Part shown: one piece after another, positions 52,147 through 64,000 of the stretch
How positions within the stretch are numbered: the first letter of the stretch is position 1
Layout: each line of letters opens with the position of its first letter
Assembly (NCBI GenBank): GCA_963514005.1
Contig: OY740817.1
Coordinates: forward strand, 14,570,001 to 14,634,000
Length of the DNA: 64,000 bases
Reading direction: 5' to 3'
Source of the DNA: Raja brachyura
Taxonomy: Eukaryota
Position numbers and translations under genes: made by a program
Notes under the pieces: model-generated
Seen by the model: the letters and a program-made list of their open reading frames with translations, nothing else
Database searches by the model: none
What the model was told of the DNA's origin: nothing

Positions 52147-53272
52147 GGTGCCATCTACACACTTGATAATCTATATTCTCTTCCACACTGCAAACAAAGA
52201 CCAACCAGTCCAAATCGGTGCCATTTTTTAATTGGTGAAGAGGGAAAATTGCTCATCACATGTTTTTTTTTGTCTCTTGAGCGTCAGAGATGGATTGGGG
52301 GTGGTAAATAAAATTCCAAGAGCTTTAGTGTTGACGGTCAAACCCTTTATCCCCAGGGTGGAAATGTCAAAGACTAGATGGCGTAGCTTTCAGGTGAGAG
52401 GGGCAAAGTTTAAAGGAGATGTGCGGGGCAAGTTGTGTCACACAGAGGGTGGTGGGTGCCTGGAACGCGCTGCCAGGGGTGGTGGTGGAGGCAGATATAC
52501 GATAGTGGTGTTTGACATGGTAGTGCAGGGATTAGAGCGATGTGGCAGATGAGATTAGTTTAGCCGGGTATCAAGTTTGCTGGGCCGAAAGGTCCATTCC
52601 TGTGCTGTACTGTTCTATGTTCCACCTATCAGCTACTGCTGGGTCCCAAAGAATATCTGCAGACGATGACGATCTTGAGTGCACGGAGCAACGATCAGGG
52701 AAACGAGTCGGTCTCAACAATTACGAGTAATATAGAAGGAACAAGTCCATTGGGCAGCATGGTGGCGCAGCGGTAGAGTTGCTGCCTCACAGCGCCAGAG
52801 ACCCAGGTTCGATCCTGACTACGGTCGCTGTCTGTAGGGAGTTTGTACTTTCTCCCCGTGACCTGCGTGGGTTTTCTCTGGAAGCTCCGGTTTCCTCCCA
52901 CATTCCAAAGTTGTACAGGTTTGTAGGTTAATGAGCTTGGTATAAATGTGAAATTCTCCCTAGTGTTATTGTGCGGGGATTGCTGGTCGGCACGGACTAG
53001 GTGGGCCAAAGGGCCTGTACCAAGCTGTATCACTAAACCAAACTGAACTAAATTTCCTAAGTATGCTTCCATTTTACAACTTCCCCTTGTCACCACCATT
53101 GTGTAGGAAGGAACTGCAGGTGCTGGTTTACACAGAAGACAGACAAAAATGCTGGAGTAACTCAGCGGGACAGGCAGCATCTCTGGAGGGAAGGAATGGG
53201 TGAGACCTTTCCCCGGACACCACCGCTGTTATTACAAAGAAAAGCTTAAAAACAAAGATCATGAATCTTTAC

Positions 53273-53611
53273 CTGCTACTTGTAGTGCGACTGCAACTCG
53301 TAGAACCACGCTGGGGCCCCCAGTGGGGTGTTTCAACAGAATGAAGCATGTGTACATGGCTGCGTCGCTCACTCGGAGGTCGGTGAGAAGAAGGGAGAAG
53401 TTGCCGTGTTTGAACTCTGCGGTGAACAGCCTTGCCCTGGTGCCCAGGCCCGAAGTGTGGTCCTCTCTGCCCACATGGAAGGAATGGATTAACCTCTTGT
53501 CCACCTGCCAGTAAACGCGAATATCATTGTTGGCTTGTTTCCCCACGTTGGTGTCCAGACAGGGCAGGAGGGCACTTTCACCCACAATCCCCGTGAGGTT
53601 AGACGGCGACA
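53273..53611 (-). CDS. B7-family (ICOSL/CD80/CD86-like) gene, first IgV exon
   Basis: 339 nt, phase 1-1, canonical splice sites. V-set C..W..D.A.Y.C with the B7-type RVYWQ and GNFSLLL. Confidence 0.9.
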
Positions 53612-54914
53612 CTGGGGATAAAATAAGGACAAAATAAGCCAGGGTCTCGTCCACTCATTCATTCTCCCCACAGATGCTGCCTGCCCACACTCACACTATC
53701 CTACATACACTAGGGACAATCTACAATTGTTACCGAAGCCAATTAACCTGCTAACATGTACGTCTTTGGAGTGTGGGAGGAAACCGGAGCACCCAGAGAA
53801 AACCCACACGGGTCATGAGGGGATCATACAAACTCCATACAAACAGCACCCATAGTCAGGCTTGAACACAGGTCTCTGGCACTGGGAGGCAGCAACTCTA
53901 CTGTGGCGCCACCCTCTTTTTCTGAAGAAAAAGTATAACATACAATATTTCTAAGGATCGCAACTATTGTGTTATGGCAGCACTGCAGCTCAAAGTCATC
54001 CCTCTTCATCTCCCAGGGTTATTGCTGGTCCGTCTCCCTAGGGTCGAGAACCTTCTGGCCACTGGCAATCCCTGTGGACTGGGATCTGAAACTATAACTT
54101 TATCACTCACATGGAGGAAGGCTGAAATAACAGAGGCTTGGATGGAGTCCTCTCCGGACGTACTTCCCACAGGCTGGGGTTGCCCCACCACTGGTGTATG
54201 TGTGGGACAGGCTGTCGACAGACAGATGAAGCATAACTGTCTTTTCTCAGACACAACAGAGGTGATCCGTGCATCTTTTAGAGTTACAGAGGGTGGTGCA
54301 GCGGTAGAGTTGCTGCCTCACAGCGCCAGAGACCCGGGTTTGGACCGGACTATGGGTGCTGCCTGTGCAGAGTTTGCACGTTCTCCCCGTGACCACGTGG
54401 ATTTTCTCCGGGTGCTCCGGTCTCCTCCCACACTCCAAAGACATTCAGGTTTGTAGGTTAATTGGCTTCTATAAAGTATAAATTGTCCCTAGTATGTAGG
54501 TTGGTGCTAGTATGCGGGGTGATCACTGGTCTGTGTGGACTCGGTGGGCCAAAACATACACTGTATCTCTAAACCAAGCATGAAATCAAGCCCCTTGGCC
54601 CACCGAGCCCACACCGTCCATCGATCGCCTGTTCACATTAGTTCTGTGTTGTCCCACTTTCTCATCCACTCCGTACACACTCGGGGTAATTTTACAGAGG
54701 GCGGCCAATTAACCTACAAACCCGCACATCTTTGGGATGTGGGAGGAAACCGGAGCACCCGGAGAAAATCCACATGGTTACAGGGAGAACGTGCAAACTC
54801 CACACTGGCAACACCGGAGGTCAGGTTCTAACCCGGGTCTCTGGCGCTGTGAGGCAGTGGCTTTAGTTCATGAAACTAATGGACCTATTCAGAGAAGTGG
54901 AAATTAATTCTTAC

Positions 54915-54976
54915 CTGTTCTGCAACACAAAAGCAGCCAAGCACATTGGAGCAGCGCAGCCACCCGTCTTGTCACC
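54915..54976 (-). CDS. B7-family gene, signal-peptide exon
   Basis: TGTTGCAG| ... |GTAAGA, 62 nt, phase 2 in and phase 1 out. VTRRVAALLQCAWLLLCCRT. Same split-leader layout as ICOSLG and CD86. Confidence 0.75.
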
Positions 54977-55159
54977 CTGCAACACAGTGAATGCATTGAT
55001 ATTTCAAAGGTGAATCCATTTACAAGTTACTGACAATAGCCACACGCAAATTGGAGGAATAGCATCTCATATTTCGCTTGGGCAGCTTACAACCAGTGGT
55101 ATGAATATTGATTTCTCTAATTTCAAGTTACCCTTGCATCCCCTCTCTCTCTTTCTCTC

Positions 55160-57262
55160 TGGACCCACGCACAAGCTTGGCCATACACTAGACCTAGTGC
55201 TTTCGTCCGGTCTCCCAATTTGTAACACAGATATTATTGATGCCTGTCTGTCTGATCATAGTGCTATTATATTTGATATGTCTCTGCCTCAAAGTCCCAT
55301 CTCCCTGCTCGCTACTCCCGCTACGTTAACTCCACGATGGCCAGTAAGTTCTCTGAGGCTCTCATAGCCGCCCCCGACATCTGCACCATTGAGGCATCTA
55401 CCCCCCACCTCAGCACAGACGACCTCATTTCTCTATTCATTACTACTTGCTCTTGCATTCTGGATTCTGTCGCTCCTCTTGAAATGAAAAAGCCTAAGCC
55501 TAAAGGCGAGCCGTGGCTGAATGACACCACCACAGCCCTAAGAAGAGAATGCAGAAAATCAGAACGGAAGTATAAATCTGATAAGCTTCAAATTTACTTT
55601 GAACTCCTGAAAAACAATCTTCACAAATACCAGGAAGCTGTAAAATCTGCAAGAACAAAATACTTTTCCACCCTTATTTCAAAAAACGCTCATAACTCCA
55701 AGGTCCTTTTTAGCACCATCACCTCCATCATTTGTCCAGCCCCCAGCACCAGCTTAAATGGGTCCCCTGCTAAGTGTGAGAAATTTACTACATTTTTCAC
55801 CAGCAAAGTAAAAAACATAAGAACGAATATTTCCCCTCCCGTCCGTGACCTGGCTGTCTCATTGGTCTGTTCTTCAAAATTAGACTGTTTCCAACCCGTC
55901 ACTCCACCCTCCCTTGTAAAACTGGTCACCACCATGAAACCTACCACCTGCCCCCTCGACACTGTCCCCTCTGCCCTCCTAAAGGACGTCATTGCAATAG
56001 CCGGTCCCAGCATCCTCGCCATCTTCAACAGTTCTCTGGCCACTGGCACTGTACCTACCTGCTTCAAGCATGCGGTGGTCCAGCCCCTCCTGAAAAACCT
56101 AACCTGGACCCCACCTTGCCAAGCAACTGCAGACCCATTTCTAAACTGTCGAACACACCATCCTAATTGGCCGTCTCCAGTACGGGGTTGGTATTGATGG
56201 CACTGCCCTGAGCTGGTTCATCTCCTACCTCAAAGGTAGGGGTTTCTCTACTAACATAGGCAACTCCAGCTAGCCTCTGCTGTGGGGTTCCACAAGGTTC
56301 CATCCTTGGCCCCATTCTCTTCTCCCTGTATGTGCTCCCCTTAGGCCAAGTCATTGGAAGGCACGGCATTTCCTTCCATTCCCACGCAGACGAGACACAA
56401 CTCTATCTGCCCCTGAAGCCCAAAAAACAATCAAATCTGCTTAACCTCATCCGCTGCCTCGAGGATGTAAAGTGTTGGACGGCCCAGAACTTCCTCCAAC
56501 TAAACGAGAGTAAGTCTGAGGTCATCCATCTCGGCCCCTCGGACTCAATCAAAATGATAGCAGGCAGCCTTGGGAGCCTTGGAAGCCTTACCCCAGTGCT
56601 CAAACCTTCAGTTCCTCCAGTTTGATGACCTCGAAAAGATCATCCACACATTTATCTCCTCCCGCTAGATTACTGCAACTCCCTCTACACTGGCATCAGC
56701 CAATCTTCCCCGTCCCGCCTGCAACTGGTCCAAAACGCCGCAGCGAGACTCCTGACGGGCACCCGAAAATGGGACCACATCACCCCGATCCTGGCCTCTA
56801 TCCACTGGCTCCCTGTGCGGTTCCGTATACATTTCAAGATCCTCCTTCATGGCTACAAATCCCTCAATGGGCTCGCACCCACCTACATTAAAAATCTGCT
56901 CACCCACCACACACCTCCAGGTCCCTCAGATCGGCCGACTCGGGGTTGCTGAACATCCCGGTCTAGGTTTAAGCTCAGGGACGACCGCGCCTTTGCGGTT
57001 GCAGCTCCTAGACTGGAACAGCATCCGTCTTCCCATCACAACTGCCCCCTCCATCCACTCCTTTAAGTCGAGACTGAAAACTCATCACTTCTCCCAAGCC
57101 TTTCTTGACGTCCTCTGAGCAAGGGCTATATGTATGTAGTGATGTTTGTTTATAATCTATGAACCACTGTTGTTTGTTCTACTATTCTTTACCAATGTAA
57201 AGCACCGTGGCCAACCAGAGTTATTTTTTAAATGTGCTATATAAATAAAGTGACTTGACTTA
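55160..57262 (+). mobile_element. L2 LINE (disrupted, internally deleted ORF2) inserted in a Penelope tail
   Basis: THKLGHTLDLV, LSDH, PTTCPLD, GVPQGSILGP, HADETQLY, SRLDYCNSL, HITP and an AATAAAGTGACTTGAC tail. Penelope tail halves at 55045-55160 and 57263-57565. Confidence 0.9.
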
Positions 57263-57840
57263 ACTATCTCTCCATCCCTCCCCCACCCTACTTATCCTGC
57301 TAGTTTCACTGTTTGTATCCCTTCATTATCACCCCCTCCACAGCCAACAATGGACCATTGTGGGCTCTTTGGCTGACGGTCCCAGCTCAGATTTCTTCTG
57401 TACCTTAACATACCGCTAGTTTCACTCTCCCCTGACTCTCAGTCTGAAGAAGGGTCCCCACCTGAAACGTCACCCATTCCTTCTCTCCAGAGATGCTGCC
57501 TGACCTGCTGAGTTTTTGTGTCTGTCTTCGGTTTAAACTAGCATTTGTAGTTCTGTCCAGCACATCTCAACTTCCTGATCTTTAGTCAGACTTTAATGGA
57601 CTTTATCTTTTACTAAACATTATTCCCTTTATCCTGTATCTGCATCTGACGGCTTGGTTGTAATCACATATAGACTTCCTGCTGATGGAATAACAAAAAC
57701 CGTTTGCGTTATATCTTGGTACACGTGACAGTAATAAACTAAATCAAAGTTATTTTTTAGTTTAGTTTAGTGATTCAGCATATAAACATTTCCTTCAGCC
57801 CACCGAGTCCATGTGACCAGTGATCCCCGCACACTAACAC

Positions 57841-57844
<4 letters not shown>

Positions 57845-57875
<31 letters not shown>
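57845..57875. repeat. (CA)n microsatellite
   Basis: Direct reading. Confidence 0.95.
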
Positions 57876-57880
<5 letters not shown>

Positions 57881-58624
57881 ATAATTTCCGCGCTATATCT
57901 CTAAACTAAACACCGTACAGACAGCACCCGTAATCAGGATCGAACCTGGGTCTCTGGCGCTGTGAGGCAGCAACTCAAATTGAATACAGAAATGCTGCAG
58001 AGACACATCAGGTGAGGCCGGGAGTGAAACGGTTAATGATTCAGGATGACGGCTTTTCAACAGAACCGAAAGATGACTTCATCTCCTGGAAACTTTCCCA
58101 GCAGTTTCAACACAGCTGGAACCACAGGCGCCACACACGGCCTTCCCTCGGCCCAGCCACTGCCCGACTCCATCACACTCACTCACTCTCCTGGATCCAC
58201 TAACACTTACTTTACTTCAGTTTAGCACAGCACAGAATCTTGCCCTTCGGCCCATCGAGTTTGCGCCGACCAGCGATCCCCGCACATTAATTGGCTTTGT
58301 ATTGATGTAAATTGTCCCTAGTGTGTGTAGGATAGTGTTAGTGTGCAGGGATTGCTGGTCACCGTGGACTCGGTGGGCCGAAGGGCCTGTTTTCGTGCTG
58401 TATCGCTAAACTAAAAATTAACTATCAACGCACACTAGGGACAATTTATCTTTTTTTATACCAAGCCAATGAACTGAAAAACCAGTACGTCTTTGGAGTG
58501 TAGGAGGAAAGCGAAGATCTCGGAGAAAACTCATGCAGGTCACGGGGAGAACGTAAAACTATCTCTCTTCTATGTTTCGGTCACAGATAGAGCATGCAAA
58601 CTCCACACAGACAGCACCAGAGAT

Positions 58625-59035
58625 CCCAATCGAATCCTGCCCACAACAGCGCCACCTGCAGAATCACTGCACCACCCAGTGGTCGGAGGACTGTTCACCG
58701 GTGAGCTCAGCTTTGAGACATTCAGCGGAAAAAAAATGTGCCCATTGCGAAACAAATCCCTGATCCTCTAATAATAAACTTGTTGACACAAATCTACCAA
58801 GAAAGTTATACTTATTTTCACGAAAGAGTCCAGGGGTAATACCCTGAATGAAAAATGGCGCTAGGTGGAAAATAAGTCATTTATTGCAGGGGGATTTTCT
58901 GATGGTCACTAGGAATGAGAAAAGAAAATTAGTTCCCTAACCCCTAACTACTTATTTTCCTTCCTCCGGCTCTTCCAATTCACTTCTGAACTGTGAGCAG
59001 TACAGCGTACTTTTTACAGAAGTGCTCAGGGCAGT
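58625..59035 (-). promoter_or_regulatory. Candidate upstream regulatory region of the B7-family gene
   Basis: Unique island with CTCF-like TCTGCAGGTGGCGCTG (58647-58662, -), YY1-like GCGCCATTTT, kB-like GGGGATTTTC and ETS-like GAGGAAG. Motif resemblance only. Confidence 0.3.
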
Positions 59036-59391
59036 GCGTGTCAGCATTAGAACATAGAGCAGTACAACAAAGAACAGGTCGGCACGGTGGTTCAGCGGTA
59101 GAGTTGCTGCCTTACAGCGGCAGAGAGCCAGGTTCAATCATGGCTACAGGTGCTTGTCTGCACGGAGTTTGTACGTTCTCCTCGTGATCGTGTGGTTTTT
59201 CTCCGGGATCTCTGGTTTCCCCCACACTCCAAAAACGTACAGGTTTGTAGGTTAATTGGCTTCAGTAAAATTGTAAATTGTCCCTAGTGTGTGTGTGTAG
59301 CACAGTGTTAGCGTGCGGGGATCGCTGGTTGGCGCGAACTCGGTGGGCCAAAGAGACTGCTTCCACGCTGTATCTCTTAACTAAAATGAAA

Positions 59392-59985
59392 TCAGATAAT
59401 ACAATACATAAATACAATCACGCCAAACACAAGTACAACAGGTAGAGCAAAGGGTAAGGTACAGAGTGCAGAATATAGTTCTCGGCAATGTAGCGCATCA
59501 GTTCCAGAGACAAAGTCTAGTGTCTGCAATGGAGCAGAGGTGAATCGAACAGTACCACAGATTATGGATGGACCGTTCAAAGCCTGATAACAGAGGGGAA
59601 GAAGCTGGTCCCAAGTCTGGTGGGCGCGCTTCAAGCTTCTGTACCTTGTGCCAGACGGGAGAAGTCGGATTAACCTGGGCGGGACAAGTCTTTGATTATG
59701 TTGGCTGCTTTCCCGAGGTAACGTGAAGTGAAGATGGAATAAGTTGTGAGGTCTGTCTGGTGTGACGGACTGGGCTACATTTAGAACTCTCTGCAATTTC
59801 TTGCAGTATTGTGCCAAACTGTTCTGAAACCAAGCTGTGATGCAGCCCAACAGTGTGCTTTCTGTGATGCATCCGTAGAAGAGTCACTGGAGACTTGCTG
59901 AACTTCCTCAGTGTCCTCTTGAAGTAGAGGCATTGGTGCCTCCTTGAGTGTTGCATCAATGTGGATGGTCCACGACAGATCACAG
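59392..59985 (-). mobile_element. Rex1/Babar LINE 3' fragment
   Basis: GCITAWF..KKLQRVLNVAQS..LPSGTRYRSLK. Confidence 0.75.
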
Positions 59986-60016
59986 ATTGTATTCATGGAA
60001 TCCATGCAGAACACCG

Positions 60017-60625
60017 AACATAGAACAGTACAGCACAGGAAGAGGCCCTTCGGCCCACAATCTTTGTGCTAAACGTGATGCAAGTTAAACTGATCTCATC
60101 TGCCTGTACATGATCCATATCCCTCTCTTCCTGGCATTTGCATGTGCCCATCTAAAAGCATCTTATACGCCGCTATTATATGCCATCTTCACCACCACCC
60201 CTGGCAATACATTCAAGCCCCCATCGCTCTTTCTGTAAAAGGATCTTGCCCGGCACATCTCCATTAAACTTCCCCCCTCTCACCACATAGCTATGCCCTC
60301 TAATGTTGGACACTTCCACACTGGGAAAAAGGTTCTGACCTTATCTATGCCTTTCATAATTTTATATACTTCTATCAAGTCTCCGCACAATCCTCAACGT
60401 TCCAGAGAAAACAATCTAAGTTTATCCAACCTCTCCTTCCAGCTAAAACCCTCCAATCCAGGCCCCCTCATCCGTTAAACCTCATCCGGACCGTCCCCAC
60501 ATCCTTCCTGTAATGCAGGCAACCAGAACTGCACACAATACTCCAAATGCGGCCTGATCAAAGTCTTATAGAACTGCATCCTGACTTCCTGACTCTTGCA
60601 CTCAATACCCCCAGTAACGAAGGCC
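60017..60625 (-). mobile_element. Degenerate CR1 3' fragment
   Basis: Reverse strand reads RPHLEYCVQFW..DLIEVYKIMKGID, with a CR1 tail. Confidence 0.75.
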
Positions 60626-61034
60626 AAGTCAAGAGAGTTTTATTGTCATGTGTCCAAGATAGGACAGTGACATTCTTACAAGTATTGAAGAAGGGAGGCA
60701 GAACTAAGGAGGACTTGGCACGGGATGCTTTGTGTGGGGATTGTTGGTGGGCATGGACTCGGTGGGCCAAAGGGCCAGTTTCCGAGCTGTATCGCCAAAC
60801 TAAACTAAACTTAAACTGCCCTGGACACAAGCTCCCGAATGGCCTAATTATACTCCTATCACTTATGAACATGACTGTGATTAGTGTTCATAGATCAGAG
60901 TCCACCTTCTCCTCGTACCTCTCCTGACTTGACCCTGACACATCTATTCCCCGCACTCACCCCAGATGCCCGTTTGTACATTCACGTTTACAAAAGGGGC
61001 TGTTTTAACAGGCTGGGAGGTCAACAACACTCGA

Positions 61035-63595
61035 CCAAACAACGTCTTTCAGCGAGTTGATGACCCTCCAGCAGCACTCGATGTCGGTCTCGGAATGCAT
61101 CCCTGGGAACAGTCCGTAAATCACAGAGTCCTTTGTGACGGAGCTGTTCTGAATAAACCATGACATGAACCCTTACAAACCTCTCCAGACTCACTTTGCA
61201 AATCCACACTCGGCAAAGAGGTGGGCAACCGTCTCCTCTCCACAGCAGCCGTCTTGAGGGCAGCGTGCGCTGGTAGTGAGGTTCCGACGGTGCAGGAAGG
61301 ATCTGACTGGGAGGGCGCCCCTCACCGCCAGCCAAGCCAGGTCTTGGTGCTTGTTGGTGAGCTCTGGACATGAAGCATTTTGCCAGACAAGCTGGGCAGT
61401 CTGCTCAGGGAACCACGCCACCGGGTCCATCGAGTCCTTTCCCTGCAGGACATTCTGTGCTGACCACTGCTCAATGGACATGTGGTCCGGAAGAACCTTT
61501 CCACAGACGACAGATGGGGCGGCAGTGTCCAGCTGACTGGCACCTTGCGTGGCATCTGCGCCAGGCCCATCCTTCGCAACACCGGGGACAGGTAGAACCT
61601 CAGCAAGTAGTGACACTTGGTGCCCACGTGCCTTGGCTCTACACTCCGCCTGATGCAGCCACACACGAAGGTGGCCATCAGGATGAGGGCAACGTTGGGC
61701 ACGCTTTTACCCCCGTTGTCTGCTGACTTGTACATTGTGGCCCGTCGCACCCGGTCTATTCTCGACCCCCAGATGAACTGGAAGACGGCCCGGGTGATCC
61801 CTGTGGCGTAAGAAGGAGGGAGAGACAGGCCACACTTGCGCCAAGTACAGCAGGCCCGAGAGCACCTCACACCTGATGACCAAATTCTTTCCCGTTATGG
61901 AGAGGGAGCGTTGCCTCCACAGCTCCAGCTTCTTCCTCACCCTGGCTATCCGCTCCAGCCAATTCTTGTTACACGCCTCAGCCCCCCCGAACCAGATCCC
62001 CAGCACCTTCAAGAAGTCAGGCTTGAAGGTGAAGGGGACGGAAGATCTGTCGGGCCAGTTGCCAAAGAGCATGGCCTCGCTCTTCCTGCGGTTCACCCTG
62101 GCTCCCGTGGCCGACTCAAACTGGTCGCAGATACTAATCAGTCTGCGGACCGACCCTGGATCCGAGCAGAAAACAGCGACATCGTCCATGTACAGGGAGG
62201 TTTTTACTTGAATGCCCCCACTGCCGGGCAGTGTCACTCCTCTTATGTTCGCATCCTTCCTGATGGATTCGGCAAAGGGTTCAATACAGCAGACAAACAA
62301 GACAGGAGAGAGAGGGCAACCCTGCCTGACTCCAGACCTTACAGGGAAACTGTCTGATTCCCACCCATAGATTTGGACTGCACTACGGATGTTGGTGTAG
62401 AGCAGTTTGATCCAATTCCTGATTCCCTCCCCAAAGCCCATTAAGAGAGCACGTCCCTCATGTACGTGTGTGATATCCTGTCGAAGGCCTTCTCCTGGTC
62501 CAAGCTTACTAGGCAGGCATCCACCTGTCTCTCCTGCACGTAGGCAATGGATCCAGGGTCACCAGGCTGTCTGAGATTTTCCTGCCAGGTACAGCACAGG
62601 TTTAGTCCGGATGGATCAACTGTCCCAGAGCAGACTTGACCCGGTTGGCGATGGCCTTAGACAGGATCTTCTAATCGACATTCAACAATGTGATGGGTCT
62701 TCAATTCCTTATATCATTCATCTCCCCCTTCTGCTTGTAGATTAGGGTGATGCTGCCCTTCCTCATGGAGTCTGACATGCTACCAGCTAGAAGCCAGTCA
62801 GCTCCTCGAAAGTCAGTGGTTGGTCCAGACTCTCCCGCTTGCTGTCCTCCAAGACCTCCGTGATCAAGGACAGGAAGTTCTGGGAGGTGGTGCTGTCTGT
62901 GGCCTTTTGGTCATACAAATCTGTGTAAAAGGATTTGCAGATCCTCAGCATGTCTGTGTGTGAGAATGCTACCGAGCCGTCCTCCTCCCTAAGGCTGTTC
63001 ATCTTATGGACAATTTGGAACCTTATGGAAGAAGAAGCGTGAGCACGTCTCATCCTGCTCCACATGGCGAACCCTGGATCGGAAGATGATCTTGGAGGAT
63101 TCAGAGGTAAAGAGCCGAGCTTGCCGGTCCTTCACCTCTCTAAGTTCCACCCTCACATCCACCCCTCTCGACTGCAGAAGGAGCAGTTGCTGTAAATCTA
63201 TCCGGAGTTGGCACAATTCCATCTGACTCTGTCTTGTTCTCTGAACCCCTTTAAATATGAAGAAGCTCTTAATGTTCTCCTTGGTTGCTTCCCACCAGAG
63301 TGTCGGGGAGTCAAAGAGGGGCCTCACCGCCTGCAGGGTCGCTGAAGACATTGTGCAGCTTTGCGTCTTTTACCGTCTCCATCAGGAACTTGGACGTGCT
63401 GTCCAGTCTGTTGTCGGCACTGCCGGATCGTCCAGCCGCATCAATGATGCAGTTTAAGTCACCGGCCAGAACGAGTGGCCGGGACGTGGCCAGCAGCGGT
63501 GGGAGCTGCTGGAGAACGGCCAGCCGCTCGCTCTGCGTGGGTGAGGCATACACATTAATCAGCCGGAGTGGAGAGCCCCGGTACATTACATCTCC
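61035..63595 (-). mobile_element. Tx1-clade LINE ORF2 (APE through RT to CCHC), degenerate
   Basis: LINVYAS, LAGDLNC, LDQEKAFDRISH, GVRQGCPLSP, YMDD, CPQDGC..HLFAEC; many frameshifts. Confidence 0.92.
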
Positions 63596-63629
63596 TGGTG
63601 GTGCAATGTATCACGGATGCGAATTGTGG

Positions 63630-64000
63630 ACACAGGCCAGACCAGCGCACAAACCAACCTCCCTTCCATTGACACCATTTATACCTCAGGCTGCCTCGGC
63701 AAAGCCAGCAGCATAATCAAGGACGAGTCGCACCCTGGTCACTCCCTATTCTCCCCTCAGGCCAAAAGGTTTGGTGTGTGAAAATGCACACCTCCAGATT
63801 CAGAGACAGTTTCTTCCCAGCTGTTATCAGGCAACTGAATCATCCTACCAAAACCTGAGAGCAGTGCTGAACTACTCTCTACTTCATTGGTGATTCTGGG
63901 ACTATCCTTGATCAGACTTTACTGGCTTTACCTTGCACTAAACGGTAATCATTAATCATGTATCCTCCACTGCAAATGGCCCAATTGTAATCATGTTGAA
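63630..64000 (+). mobile_element. Rex1/Babar LINE 3' fragment
   Basis: LPSIDTIY..CLGKASSIIKDESHPGHSLF..RFRDSFFPAVIRQLN. Confidence 0.75.

Noticed and set aside
39945-53611. Two separate B7 genes, or Ig/TCR V segments
   Set aside because: Only one SP, C and TM exon were found. The V exons include the G strand and end in splice donors, with no recombination signal sequences.
54111-54211. Possible extra exon between SP and V (GACAG|..CAT|GTGAGT)
   Set aside because: 101 nt, phase 1 in and phase 0 out, so it would frameshift the V exon. No domain similarity. At most a poison exon.
34362-54976. Assigning the symbol HHLA2 or ICOSLG
   Set aside because: The V-C-V layout comes from a recent duplication, not HHLA2 orthology. 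Motifs favour ICOSL/CD80/86, but orthology cannot be settled without phylogeny and synteny.

Overview
Repeat-dense vertebrate genomic DNA, most likely a cartilaginous fish such as a skate or ray (inferred from HE1-type V-SINEs with CR1-like tails and abundant Penelope-derived palindromes). Most ORFs in the track are transposon debris. I could support two host-gene signals. (1) A minus-strand B7-family gene (ICOSL/CD80/CD86-like), with signal-peptide exon 54976-54915, IgV 53611-53273, IgC 45652-45356, a second ~97% identical IgV exon 40283-39945 and a TM exon 34488-34362. This gives a potential V-C-V-TM protein made by recent exon duplication, with the duplicate exon bracketed by inverted repeats. 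(2) An orphan, mutated BCL7A exon 1 (4270-4361) inside a hAT-like element (3918-6026) with TIRs and a 7/8 target-site duplication, which suggests gene-fragment capture. Also present: a Tc1 element, three DIRS retrotransposons (one structurally complete with ITRs and ICR), L1, Tx1, L2, CR1, Rex1 and Penelope LINEs, minimal hammerhead-ribozyme motifs, a Harbinger MITE, a truncated U2 snRNA copy and a ~7.7 kb tandem duplication (4560-20075) containing two assembly gaps. All calls were made by eye with no database searches. TE boundaries are approximate unless a TSD or TIR is quoted.
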